A stretch of 64,000 nt of DNA from Novakomyces olei (Eukaryota), in contig JADEYG010000003.1 in the NCBI GenBank assembly GCA_016906335.1, positions 1,302,001 through 1,366,000 on the forward strand. Reading direction: 5' to 3'. The notes below the pieces were generated by a model. It saw only the letters and a program-made list of their open reading frames with translations, was not told the DNA's origin and did no database searches. The position numbers and the translations under genes were made by a program. Positions within the stretch are counted from its first letter, which is position 1; each line of letters opens with the position of its first letter. Shown one piece after another: positions 49,744 through 60,099 of the stretch.

Positions 49744-52700
49744 TCATAGCTTCGGCTTAGCCGGGTGTAATCTGTGAAATTCTTTCACTAAATCGTCGCA
49801 ATTTGTCAAATTGCCTGCCGGCTCCCAAGTGCGATTAGCACTATCGTATCCCTTCCAGTGTACGAAGTATTCCAATTTGTTTCTTCGCTTCCTTGAGTCC
49901 AACACTTCCTCTACCTCCCACTCTGGTGTATTCTCAATTATTATTGGTGGTGGTGGTGCTGTCTGCTGTCGCACAATCGTAGACGTAGACTTGTACGATT
50001 CCAATAAAGAAGCATGGAATACTGGGTGTATTCTCATCGTGTTCGGTAAATCCAACTTGTATGCACGTAAACCGATACGTTCCAAGATTGCAAAGGGTCC
50101 AATCTTCCTGTAATCCAACTTGTCGCTTGGCCTAGTGGTACTGATGTTCTTTCTCACTAGCCATACTTTCTGACCGACTTCAAAATTCTTGTCGACACGG
50201 TGCGTATTAGCAAACCGTGCTTGATCGCTAATGGCGTGCTTGATTTCGATCTGTAAAAGGCGATGTAGCGTTCGCAAGAAATCAATCCGATTGTCCGCCG
50301 ATGGACACTGCCGTGCTGTTGCTATCGTAAAACGGCATTTGGGGTGATACCCATATAAAGCGTAACTAGGGGTCGCTTTTATTGATGATTGCTCAGTATT
50401 GTTATATGCGAACTGTGCAAAAGGTAGCAAGTTTACCCAATTCGTTTGTTGGTAATTGCTGTAAATTCTCAAATATTGCTCGAGGCTCTGATTAAGCCTT
50501 TCCGTTGTCCATCGCTCTGGGGATGGTACGCAGTTGATAACCTTTGCTTGATATCACAATGTGCGAGTAAATGCTTTGTAAAATGTGATACGAAAACTGA
50601 TCCACGATCTGAGATAATTTCTTCTGGCAGTCCAAAGTTAGCAAATACTCTGTGAGCGTATAGCAATGCTAGTTCTTTCGCGCTCATGGTCTCGCATATT
50701 GGTACAAAGATGCCTATCTTCGTAAAGCGACATACTATAACCCAAATTGAGTCGTAGTCTTTGCCTGTGATGACATCTCTTGACACCGGGAGCTTCACAA
50801 TGAAGTCCATAGCAATGCTTTCCCAAGGCTTTGTAGGCACTCGCAACGAATGTAGTAGACCATAAGGAGCATGACGCGATGGTTTACTTCGTGCGCAAGT
50901 GTCGCATGAGTCCACATAGTTAAATACGTCCTTCCGCATCCTAGGCCAGTAGTAATTTCGTGTCACAAGCTCTAGCGTCTTAGCCTGTCCGGGGTGACCT
51001 GAAGTCTGCGAATCATGACATTCTTGCATGATTGATAATCGCAAATCGTTGTCTCTGGGTATGTAAATCAAACCCGAGAACATTAACAGACCTTCCTTGT
51101 CTATTGTATAGTTCTCCAAATGAGCAGCACGAGGCTTGCTCTTTAACTCCTCAATAATATTTTTGCAAATGCTGTCCTTCTCGTAGCATTTCTTAATATC
51201 CTGTGCCAGCGTTTTGTTGTCCTCAATCGCAAACACAAATTGCGATTTGTCCAAAAGCACCATTGTTCGTTCTGGCTTTTCCTCCTCTTCGCTGCTAACG
51301 TAATCGCTTCTTCGCGATAAGGAGTCAGCCTTGTGGTTAAACTTTCCCGCACGATACACGATCACAAAATCGTAAGACGCAAGTAACTGCGACCAGCGCA
51401 TTTGCCGTCTATTCAGGACACGCGCGGTCCAAAAGTACACAAGATTGCGATGATCCGTGTATATCGTGGTTTTGTGAAGGGGACTCTCCAAGTATACCCT
51501 CCATTCCCGAAGACATACAACAATAGCTAATAGCTCCTTGTCGTGAATGTCGTAGTTCGTCTCTGCGCTTGTCATCTTGCGCGAGTAAAATGCGATTGGT
51601 CTCGTGTCGCCGTTTTCATCCTTTTGCGAAAGGATCCCGCCTATCGCAAAATCTGAGGCGTCCGTTTCCAAGAAGCTCGGCTTTTGTGGATCAAAGTGCA
51701 CAAGAATAGGTGCGCCTAAGAATGCATCCTTCAACGCATTGAATGACTCCCTGCATTCGTCGCTAAACACGAACTTTGTATCCTTCTTTAAAAGCCGGGT
51801 AAGAGGTACCGTAATCTTGCTGTAGTTGGCGATGAATCTTCGGTAATAGTTCGCCAGTCCCAGGAACGACATAACCTCCTTAACATTCTTTGGCTCGGGC
51901 CATGTTTCAATCGATTTGACCTTCGTATTTTCCATCGACACACCTTTCGTTGAAATCACGAAGCCAAGAAACTCCGTTGTGTCGGTATGGAATTCGCATT
52001 TCTCCAATTTGACAAATAAATTTGCCTTGCGAAGTCTCTCCAATACTCCGCGCACGTGCTCCACGTGTTCTTCCTCTGTATTTGAGTAAATCAGTATATC
52101 GTCCAAGTAAACGACAACATATCGATCCAGGCAATCTCGCAAAGTGTCGTTGGCGAGTGCTTGAAACGAAGCCGGGGCATTCGTAAGCCCAAACGGCATG
52201 ACTTGGTACTCGTAGTGGCCGTACCTCGTACGAAAGGCCGTTTTCCATTCGTCGCCTTTTCGTATCCTAACCAAATTATATGCACCGCGAAGATCCAATC
52301 GCGTAAAAATAGTTGCTTGGCGAATGCGATCTAGAAGTTCGGATATAAGCGGTAATGCATATCTGTTTTTGACAGTGATTGCGTTCAGACCGCGATAGTC
52401 AACGCATAATCTAAGCGATCCATCTTTCTTTTTGACAAATAAGATCGGCGCCCCCGCGGGCGACGACGACGGTCGTATAAAACCTTTAGCGAGGTTTTCC
52501 TTGATATAATCTCTCAGCGTTTGCAATTCGCGTTCGGCGAGCGGGTAGATCGGACCAAAAGGCGGCTTTGCATTTTCGGCCAAGGGTATCGCATGATCCC
52601 AAGGTTGATGTTTCGGCAAAACGTCCGCGTTCTTCTTCTCAAATAGGTCGCGATATCCCTCGTAGAACCCAGGCAATGTAACTCGAGGCTTGATATCTTG

Positions 52701-53290
52701 CTCGTCCGTTGCGTACACACATAAAATACCTGATTCTCCATTACGAGCCAATCTTGCAAATTCGGTTGCGCTGACTTGCATGGATTCGGATAATGTACTG
52801 CACTTCAAACAGTTCGCCAACAGTAGTTCGACTTAAACTCGACGTTTGCGCGACTCCATCCGATCGTAGGCTCATGCTTGTCCAACCATGGCTTGCCCAA
52901 GATAGCATCGTATCCACGAAGAGGTATGACATTGAAGGTCATCCTTTCTCGATGTTCGCCAATTGATATATCCATCTCGCTGGTGTGAAAGCGAATACCT
53001 CCTGACTTGATTGTCCTTCCATCAACGACTCTGATGGGCTCGGTCTCGCTCTTCTCCGTAAGCTTAATAAAAGCATGCGATGCGAGTTTCTCGCTGATAA
53101 AATTAGAGGTAGCTCCTGAGTCAATCAGGGCTCTCGCGTTCAACTCTCCATCCTCTGTCTTGACTTTCACGACGACAGTCAGATGCTTTGCTTTGTCCGG
53201 TTCCGTAAAAACTGTCATAACTTCTGGTGGCCTAAATTGTTGTTTGCCCAGATCAGGCCTTTTCATTGGACCTGGGCGTTCGCTTTTCCC
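49744..53290 (-). CDS. Element B Pol (PR-RT-RH-IN-chromodomain), -1 frameshift from gag; two 1-bp deletions (~52820, ~50503)
   Basis: ALIDSGAT, LCVDYRGLN, MPFGLTNAP, YLDDI, TDAS, HHCC, SDRG, GPF and chromodomain YFVHWKGYDSANRTWEP. Confidence 0.92.
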
Positions 53291-54195
53291 AAATCGGAAA
53301 ATTCGTGCGTGAATGCAGCGACGTGTTGCTGATTGTACGTCTTCTTCTTCTGCTTGCATTCTTTTGCTCGATGACCCACGCGTCCACAGTTAAAGCATTT
53401 GATGTTGCTTTTGCGATGGTTGTTATCCTCCTTTTCCAAACTAATCGCGTCCACATCCATAGGAGTAAAACTTGTACTCGCGTTTGCAGCCGGGCGGTTG
53501 TTGGAATATTTCACGGAACCGCGGCTTGCACTCTCGATGTGCCTGTCGGATATTCTTCCATCCACGCGAACTGAAATCTCAATCATTTCATTCAAAGTGC
53601 GGGGTCTGTCCATCCTGGAAAGCTCATCCTTGATGCGATCCTTCAGCCCCTGATAATACATGAACGTCAGCGCACTGTCATTGAAATCCAAATACGAAGC
53701 AATTCTTTGAAAAATGCTCGCATAAGATGCTGCTGATCCACGTTGTCTCAAGGCGGCTAACTCTCTTTGCGCCTGACTCACCCTGTCGACTTTGCCGAAA
53801 TTCGCGGCCAACGCTTCGCAAAAGGCTTCAAAAGTAGGTACTACCGAAGCAAAGTCGTTGTTGCGAAGGTGTGGTTCGAACCACGCAAATGCGGCGTCCC
53901 GCAAATACGAAGCTGCGAACAAAACCTTCGAACGCTCGTCGCGAAACTCGTGCGGTTTCAACATGATGTAAAGGCGAAGCTGCGCCAAAAAATTCTCGAC
54001 CATTCTGCGGTCCCCACGAAACGCGTCGGGCTTCATCACCGCTGGTCCGTCACTCGTCGGAGCTCTCTTAGCTCGCGAACCGATCTCCTGGGTCAGATGC
54101 GCAATGTGCGATCGCCCTTTCTCGTTCTCTGCCTTCAACTCGGCAATCTGAGTTTGCAGGGATTGCAAAAAGGTGTTGAGTTCCTCTTGCGACAT
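53263..54195 (-). CDS. Element B Gag
   Basis: Retrotrans_gag-like motifs (KVLFAASYLRDAAFAWF, LRQRGSAASY, YYQGLKD) and CCHC CFNCGRVGHRAKEC. Confidence 0.93.
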   Translation of the reverse strand: MSQEELNTFLQSLQTQIAELKAENEKGRSHIAHLTQEIGSRAKRAPTSDGPAVMKPDAFRGDRRMVENFLAQLRLYIMLKPHEFRDERSKVLFAASYLRDAAFAWFEPHLRNNDFASVVPTFEAFCEALAANFGKVDRVSQAQRELAALRQRGSAASYASIFQRIASYLDFNDSALTFMYYQGLKDRIKDELSRMDRPRTLNEMIEISVRVDGRISDRHIESASRGSVKYSNNRPAANASTSFTPMDVDAISLEKEDNNHRKSNIKCFNCGRVGHRAKECKQKKKTYNQQHVAAFTHEFSDLGKANAQVQ

Positions 54196-54531
54196 CTTGT
54201 CCCTCGTACCGCAAAACTCGTAATCGTAATCGTTCTTCCAGAACCGTTCTTCGTAAATTGTTCACTCAATCGTCGACTATCCAAGCCGATACTCAATAAC
54301 TCAAAATAACTGTGTTTCACCGGAACACTCGATAACTCAAAATTCTCAAACTCGAATCCACGTCCTTCACTCGACGCTTTAACCGTTTTAACTTCCGTAA
54401 AAATCCGTAAAAATAAGTACCGAACCGCGTCTTTGACTCGACGTCCGAAACTCTCTCGAATCCGAAGGAAATAAAACACAAACAATTCCAAAAAACTTCA
54501 AACTTCAACGACCGGGACGGGTTGATTATAG

Positions 54532-55162
54532 TGTAAGACGGTCCTTACAGCTACAATCGCTGGAGGCCGGCCGTGTATAGTTTAAATAAAGTAAAGGAAT
54601 AAGAAAGACCAGGAAAGCAGAAAGCGATTACTGTAAAGCTTACCAGGAGTAATATAATGTATTACTCCCACTTTGAGATAATCAACCCGTGAAGGGCGAG
54701 AGGCCTTCACGGGCAACTATAAACTAAACTAAGTTGCGGAGGAGCGGATGCTCCTTCGCATTCTAAACTACTCTTCCCAAGCTAACTTATGCGAAGGTCG
54801 CACAAGTTAGAGAGGGAAGCTCTCAGCCTAAACTAGTCTATGGAAATAACTATGAATGTTCTCGCGCTAGCGGAGTGCGAAGGGTCGCACTCGCTAGCGT
54901 GCGAGGATGAGAACGGGAAGCGAGGTCCGTGCACATTGTGCATGGAGCCCCTCGCTCCCGTGGGCCAAGCTGGCTTAGTGCGCGTACCTACATGCACACT
55001 AAGACAACTTCTACGTCCCAAGACCATCGCGTTACGCGCCGACTGGTCTTGGGCCGCGTTGGCGAAGCTTGCGACGCGCGGACATCCCAAGTCCGACTAC
55101 AGGCGTCGCCCCTCGCTTCCCAACGCGGTTGTCAGGAACTCGTCAAGGCGAGGATCATGACA
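54532..55162 (-). repeat. Element B 5' LTR
   Basis: Direct repeat of 48529-49159. Confidence 0.95.
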
Positions 55163-55262
55163 CGAAGCTTGCGACGCGCGGACATCCCAAGTCCGACTAC
55201 AGGCGTCGCCCCTCGCTTCCCAACGCGGTTGTCAGGAACTCGTCAAGGCGAGGATCATGACA

Positions 55263-56584
55263 TCTCTGGTGTTGTGACTGTTCATTGGATGATGTTTCTT
55301 TAATTGAGAAATGTGAACAACGGGATGATATTTTATTGATGTTGGTAGTTCCAATTCATATGAAACAGGACTGATTTTTTGAATAATTTTGAATGGACCA
55401 ATGTATTTTAATTGTAATTTTCGTGTGAGAACATCGTGGAATAGCTCCGGTATTTCTCGTATGTTGGCTGTGCTTAAATAAGCCAGGTCATTAACATTAT
55501 ATTCAACATTTATTCGCTTTTTATCCGCATAGATTTTTGATAAATCATGTGCTGTTCTGATAGCATCTTGACAAAGAATTTTGTTGGCCTCCAGAGTGTT
55601 TATAAAAGAGGAAGTATCTTTGTTCGGTGTTTCGGGCATTGATAAGTCAGTAAGACTACGTGGAATGTAGCCAAGATCCGCCTCAAAGGGTGTCATTGAT
55701 ATGGCGGAGTGTTGGCTTGAAGAGTAAAAGAATTCGGCAAACGATAATAATGTGTGCCAGCTGAAGTTCTTTTTATTGGCATAAATGAAAAGACGAAGAT
55801 AGTCTTCCAATACACGATTTGTGCGTTCGGTTTGACCGTTGGACTGTGGGTGATAGCTTGATGATGGCTTCAAATTGATTTGAAGAGTTTTTGTAAGTGT
55901 CTGCCAAAATTCAGACATAAATCTTACATCTCTGTCACTTATTATTGCAGTTGGTAAGCCGTGTAGACAGAAATATCTTTCCAAAAATAGCTGTGCAGTT
56001 CCTTGTGCTGTTATAGTTGTGTGCGTGGGCCAGAAATGAGCTCTTTTGGTTAGACGATCAACTATGCAAATTATAGCATCAAACTTTCGAGTCCCCGAAG
56101 CTGGTAGTCCAGTGATAAAGTCCATGCCTATTGTTTGCCATCGATTACTCGGTATATCGAGTTCTTGCAATAGTCCCATTGGCTTTTGAGGTATTATTTT
56201 GCTTTTAGCGCACGTTTCACATGATCTGACATATTCATTTATTTCTTTTGCCATGCCTGGCCAGTAGTATTTGCGGCCTACGCCTGCTATTGTTTTCTTT
56301 ATACCTCCATGCCCTCCTTGGTAGGTGTCATGTGATTCTCTTATTATGATGTTTGTGAAATCTGTTGGTAGGCAGATTCGATCATCGTATTGGAGATGTA
56401 TTATACCGTCTTGGATGTAGTAGCGCGATTTGATTTTTACGCTTTCGTTGTCTGTGAAACTGTCTGGATTTTTCAAAATAGTGAGTATTTTGGACCAATG
56501 TCTGTCCTTTTCGTAGGCCAACTCAAATTTTAAATTATTCTGGGGCGAAATTTGTACGGAAATTGCACCTACATCAGATGTTTT
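55263..56584 (-). pseudogene. Element A integrase, in frame with pol after a single TGA, cut by element B
   Basis: HHCC (H..GGH...C..C), MDFITGLP, SDRD, HPQSNGQTER, GPF motif. Confidence 0.9.
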
Positions 56585-59278
56585 TCAGGGTGTTCTTGAA
56601 AGTAGATCCGCCAAGACATTTTCAGTTCCGGGAACATGAATAATATTTATATCGAACTCATTTAAAAAATCCATCCATCTAAGGTGTCTTCGTGAAAGCA
56701 TAACATTTTTAGAGTAAAGGAGGCGACTCAGAGCTTGGTTGTCTGTCAAACAATTGACTTGGTAACCTCGAGCATATATTTCAAAATGATCAAGAGCTCG
56801 TATGCATGCAAGATATTCAAGTTCATGTACAGGATAATGTGATTCAGCTATCCCTAATTTTTTCGACGTGAAGCCTATTACTCTGCATTTTCTCCAGTCT
56901 TGTCCTTGTCCTAGCCATCCACCTGTACCAACTAGTGAAGCATCTATTCCCATGAATAGCTTTTCTGTACCATTATTCAGGGGTTCAGGGTCAAACGGTG
57001 AAAGTACTATGTCGTGCTGAACTGCTTTCTTGATTTTATCAAAGCCTTTTTGTTTTGTTTCGTCCCAAGAAAAGTCCTTCATCTCAGTGAATGTTGAAAT
57101 GTGAGAGGATAAGTTTGGTATAAACGTTGAAACCCAATTCAGCATTCCAACTAATCTTTGTACTTGCTTAATATTCTTTGGTGGTTCCAGTCGCAATATG
57201 GAGTTTTTTGATTTATCAGTCATTTTGATTCCTTCATCACTGATTTGTCGTCCCAGCACAACAAAGTTCTTGCAAAACGGAAATGTTTTGGTTGGACTCG
57301 CGTATAGTTCCCACTTTGACATAATACAAAAAACTAGCACCAAATGGTCCAAATGTGCTTGGACATCATCGTCGTATATTATTATGTCATCGACATAGAC
57401 TGTCATCCATATTCCAATGTAAGGTCTGAAGAGCTCCTCCATAAGTTGTTGCTGTATAGCAGTGGAATTACGATCTCCTTGAGGCATGACGTTCCACTGA
57501 TATATCCCAAATGGTGTCCAGAATGCCGTGTAGTGTTCTTGTCCGGGTTGTATTCTTGATTGAAAGAAAGCGTCCTTCAAATCAATCTTAGTTCTGTATT
57601 TTGCTCGTGCAATGTCTTGTACAACTATGTCAATACGTGGTACTTGAATGTAGAAACGCTTCATGTTTGCATTGCGAGGTCGAGCATCATTAACAAATCT
57701 CAAATATTTAATTATTTCTTTAGGATCTGTTAGCTTGTTAACCATTTCTTTGTCTTTGGGAATAGGAAACAGTATTGCACTAGGTTCTTCGCTAGAGATT
57801 GAGATCATCTTTGCTTTTAATAGCTCATCAATCTTTACTTTCAGAGGCAACATAAGCTTTTTGCTTGGGTACCACTTTTTTATGTTATACCTTTTTTCTG
57901 GATCAATTGGCTCATATGTAGCAACCACAGGTCTCATTATAGGCAACTTGCTTGGAGGATCCTTGATCAAAGTTTGATCAAACTTGTCTTGAAGTATCTG
58001 CAGTACTTTTTCTGGGTCAACCAAGTCCTCATTTGTAACTTGTTGGACTTCAATTCTCTTGTTGTCATCGATTGTTATTGAGCTGACTACAGGAAGTACT
58101 TCTGGCTTGACAAACCTTCTTTCATTTGCATCTTCCTGCCATTGTATATGTCGTTTGCGAGTGTTCACAATTGCCCCAAGCTTACTCAGTGTTCCCATGC
58201 CAATCAATAGATCAGAAGTTCTGAGTCTTGCAACGGCGCAATTTAACTCGCTGCCTTTGAACATGACTTTGGCCATATATCTGCTCACAGTTTTCGATCC
58301 TTGAAAGGCCATTTGAATTTTGTGGTCACTTTCTTTGTATGTTGGTCGGTGAACATTGCAAAAGTTTGAGTCAATAACATCAATATCACTTCCAGTATCA
58401 ATCAGGACCTGACATTTGATTTCTTTATCATTTATTTCCACAGGTAGATTTACTAGAAATTGTTGGTTTGTGTTTTGGACAGCAGAACAATTGTAATCAA
58501 GTTTGATTTCTTTGCTAACTATTTCAGAATCATCTTTAAGAGCACTGATGGTTGATTGATTCTTTCGTTTAAAGCACTGCTCGTACGTGTGCCCAGTGCG
58601 GCGACAAAAGGTACATCTTGTTCTGAGGGCTGGCTTCTCTGGTTCTTTCTTCTCAGAAGTAGTTGCCTTTGCTTCAGTTTGTTGGTTGCCTTGTTTAGGA
58701 TTCATGCTCCCTATGTATGGTCTTGTTGCAGTAAAATCGTAGCCTGTTGCCACATCAACCACACTTTGCCATTTCCATTTCGTCATTCCTGTGTTGTTTC
58801 CCGACTGATTTCCAAATGCGCTTCTCAAAGATCCCATTATTTGAGGCTTTGTTCTCTCATTTAGCCCATGTATGAATTGTTGAATTAAGATGGCTTCGTT
58901 AACTATTTCTAGTTCCATTGATTTCAATTTAAGCTGCGTGGCATATTGGCTAATGCTTTTTGTTCCTTGAGCGAAGGTAACAAACTTGCTGTAAGCGCGT
59001 GGTAAATAGTCGTTGGGTACAATGCTTCGCTCCAGATGATCAAGCATCTGATCTGTCGTTACACTAGCATTGTCCCTGAGTTCTTCAGCATAGATTGTAG
59101 CGTTCGATTCGAGGAACATGCTAATTAAGTCTATATCTGAAATCCCGGTAACACTGCCTCCTGCTTTGGCATATGTCAGCCATTTAACCACAGAGCTTCT
59201 CCATGATTGGAACTCTCTATGGGTCATTGAATGACCATTCAGCTTTGCTGGTTCAGGCAGCTTGATTTTGAAGTCCAT
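56585..59278 (-). CDS. Element A Gag-PR-RT-RNaseH polyprotein (single frame)
   Basis: CCHC knuckle CTFCRRTGHTYEQC, LIDTGS protease, YVDDI RT, IDAS/ELE/TDN/DLLSR RNase H. Confidence 0.93.
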   Translation of the reverse strand: MDFKIKLPEPAKLNGHSMTHREFQSWRSSVVKWLTYAKAGGSVTGISDIDLISMFLESNATIYAEELRDNASVTTDQMLDHLERSIVPNDYLPRAYSKFVTFAQGTKSISQYATQLKLKSMELEIVNEAILIQQFIHGLNERTKPQIMGSLRSAFGNQSGNNTGMTKWKWQSVVDVATGYDFTATRPYIGSMNPKQGNQQTEAKATTSEKKEPEKPALRTRCTFCRRTGHTYEQCFKRKNQSTISALKDDSEIVSKEIKLDYNCSAVQNTNQQFLVNLPVEINDKEIKCQVLIDTGSDIDVIDSNFCNVHRPTYKESDHKIQMAFQGSKTVSRYMAKVMFKGSELNCAVARLRTSDLLIGMGTLSKLGAIVNTRKRHIQWQEDANERRFVKPEVLPVVSSITIDDNKRIEVQQVTNEDLVDPEKVLQILQDKFDQTLIKDPPSKLPIMRPVVATYEPIDPEKRYNIKKWYPSKKLMLPLKVKIDELLKAKMISISSEEPSAILFPIPKDKEMVNKLTDPKEIIKYLRFVNDARPRNANMKRFYIQVPRIDIVVQDIARAKYRTKIDLKDAFFQSRIQPGQEHYTAFWTPFGIYQWNVMPQGDRNSTAIQQQLMEELFRPYIGIWMTVYVDDIIIYDDDVQAHLDHLVLVFCIMSKWELYASPTKTFPFCKNFVVLGRQISDEGIKMTDKSKNSILRLEPPKNIKQVQRLVGMLNWVSTFIPNLSSHISTFTEMKDFSWDETKQKGFDKIKKAVQHDIVLSPFDPEPLNNGTEKLFMGIDASLVGTGGWLGQGQDWRKCRVIGFTSKKLGIAESHYPVHELEYLACIRALDHFEIYARGYQVNCLTDNQALSRLLYSKNVMLSRRHLRWMDFLNEFDINIIHVPGTENVLADLLSRTP

Positions 59279-59345
59279 ATTTAAAATATATTTTAATCAA
59301 TTTAAATTAAATTGATACAGAATTAAATATATTAAATATAAAAGA

Positions 59346-60099
59346 CTAATACAAAGTATTAAAAAACGCTGGTGATTGCTGTCCACTTTTCAAGTGCTCG
59401 TAGTAATCCTTCTCAACTTTGTTTGGATCTTCTCCTCTGTAAAGACGAATTTTGAATCTGTCCTCAACAATGTTGTCCAGAAGATATTTTGTTTTCTTCC
59501 TGTTGTGCAGTTCTTGAATGCGATTGGCCACCAATTTGTTGTATGTTTCCTCGTAGCGTAGATTTGCCGCCGCTTTGCTTGTCCAGTGCGCTTGTTTTCG
59601 AAAAACTTCTTCCTCTGATAGAGGCAAGCGAGGAGTTGTAGCAGAAATAGTGGCCAGAGAAACTGAAGGAACTGTGGGAGCTGGGTAAGGACCAAGTCTC
59701 TGCGCTGGTGGAGGAGGTTTTCTGAGCACCTTTGCCGCAATAGCAGCAATTGACTCAGGCTCCTTGGAAATTCGACCGTTGCGTTTACGCTCTTTGAATG
59801 CCTGCGATCGGCGAGCGTTTCTTTCTTTCCTCTTATTCAATTGATGAATAGAGGTATTTTTCTCTGAATGGGCACTCTGGTCGGTAAGTCCAGACACAGA
59901 GGTTTTATCCTTATCCTTGGGTGTATTGCTTCGGCGGATAGAGCCAGCCGAGACAACAACCTTTGGATCGGTTTTTGCCTGCTTCAAGAGATTTGCAAAT
60001 GTCTCAGAGTAGACAATGCGAGGCCGTCGGCTGTCTCCTGACGGATTCACTGACAATGTTAGCAGTGAAAAAAGTTGTTATAACTGGAAGTAACTCACT
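59346..60099 (-). CDS. Element A accessory ORF0 (234 aa; ATG formed by splicing intron 60098-60050)
   Basis: Met-free open frame 60056-59346. Donor GTGAGT at 60098, branch TGCTAAC, acceptor CAG ending at 60050. The junction A|TG gives MNPSGDSRR in frame. Confidence 0.7.

Larger units (their letters stand above)
48529..55262 (-). mobile_element. Element B: Ty3/gypsy chromovirus (Tf1/Maggy-like, self-priming)
   Basis: 631-bp LTRs 48529-49159 and 54532-55162 (identical ORF translations), extra 100-bp LTR-end copy 55163-55262, TSD TCTCT (48524-48528, 55263-55267), PPT AAGGGAGGGGGGGA next to the left LTR. Confidence 0.96.

Noticed and set aside
55063-55262. Repeat arrays as CRISPR
   Set aside because: Eukaryotic context, no unique spacers; this is an LTR-end duplication.
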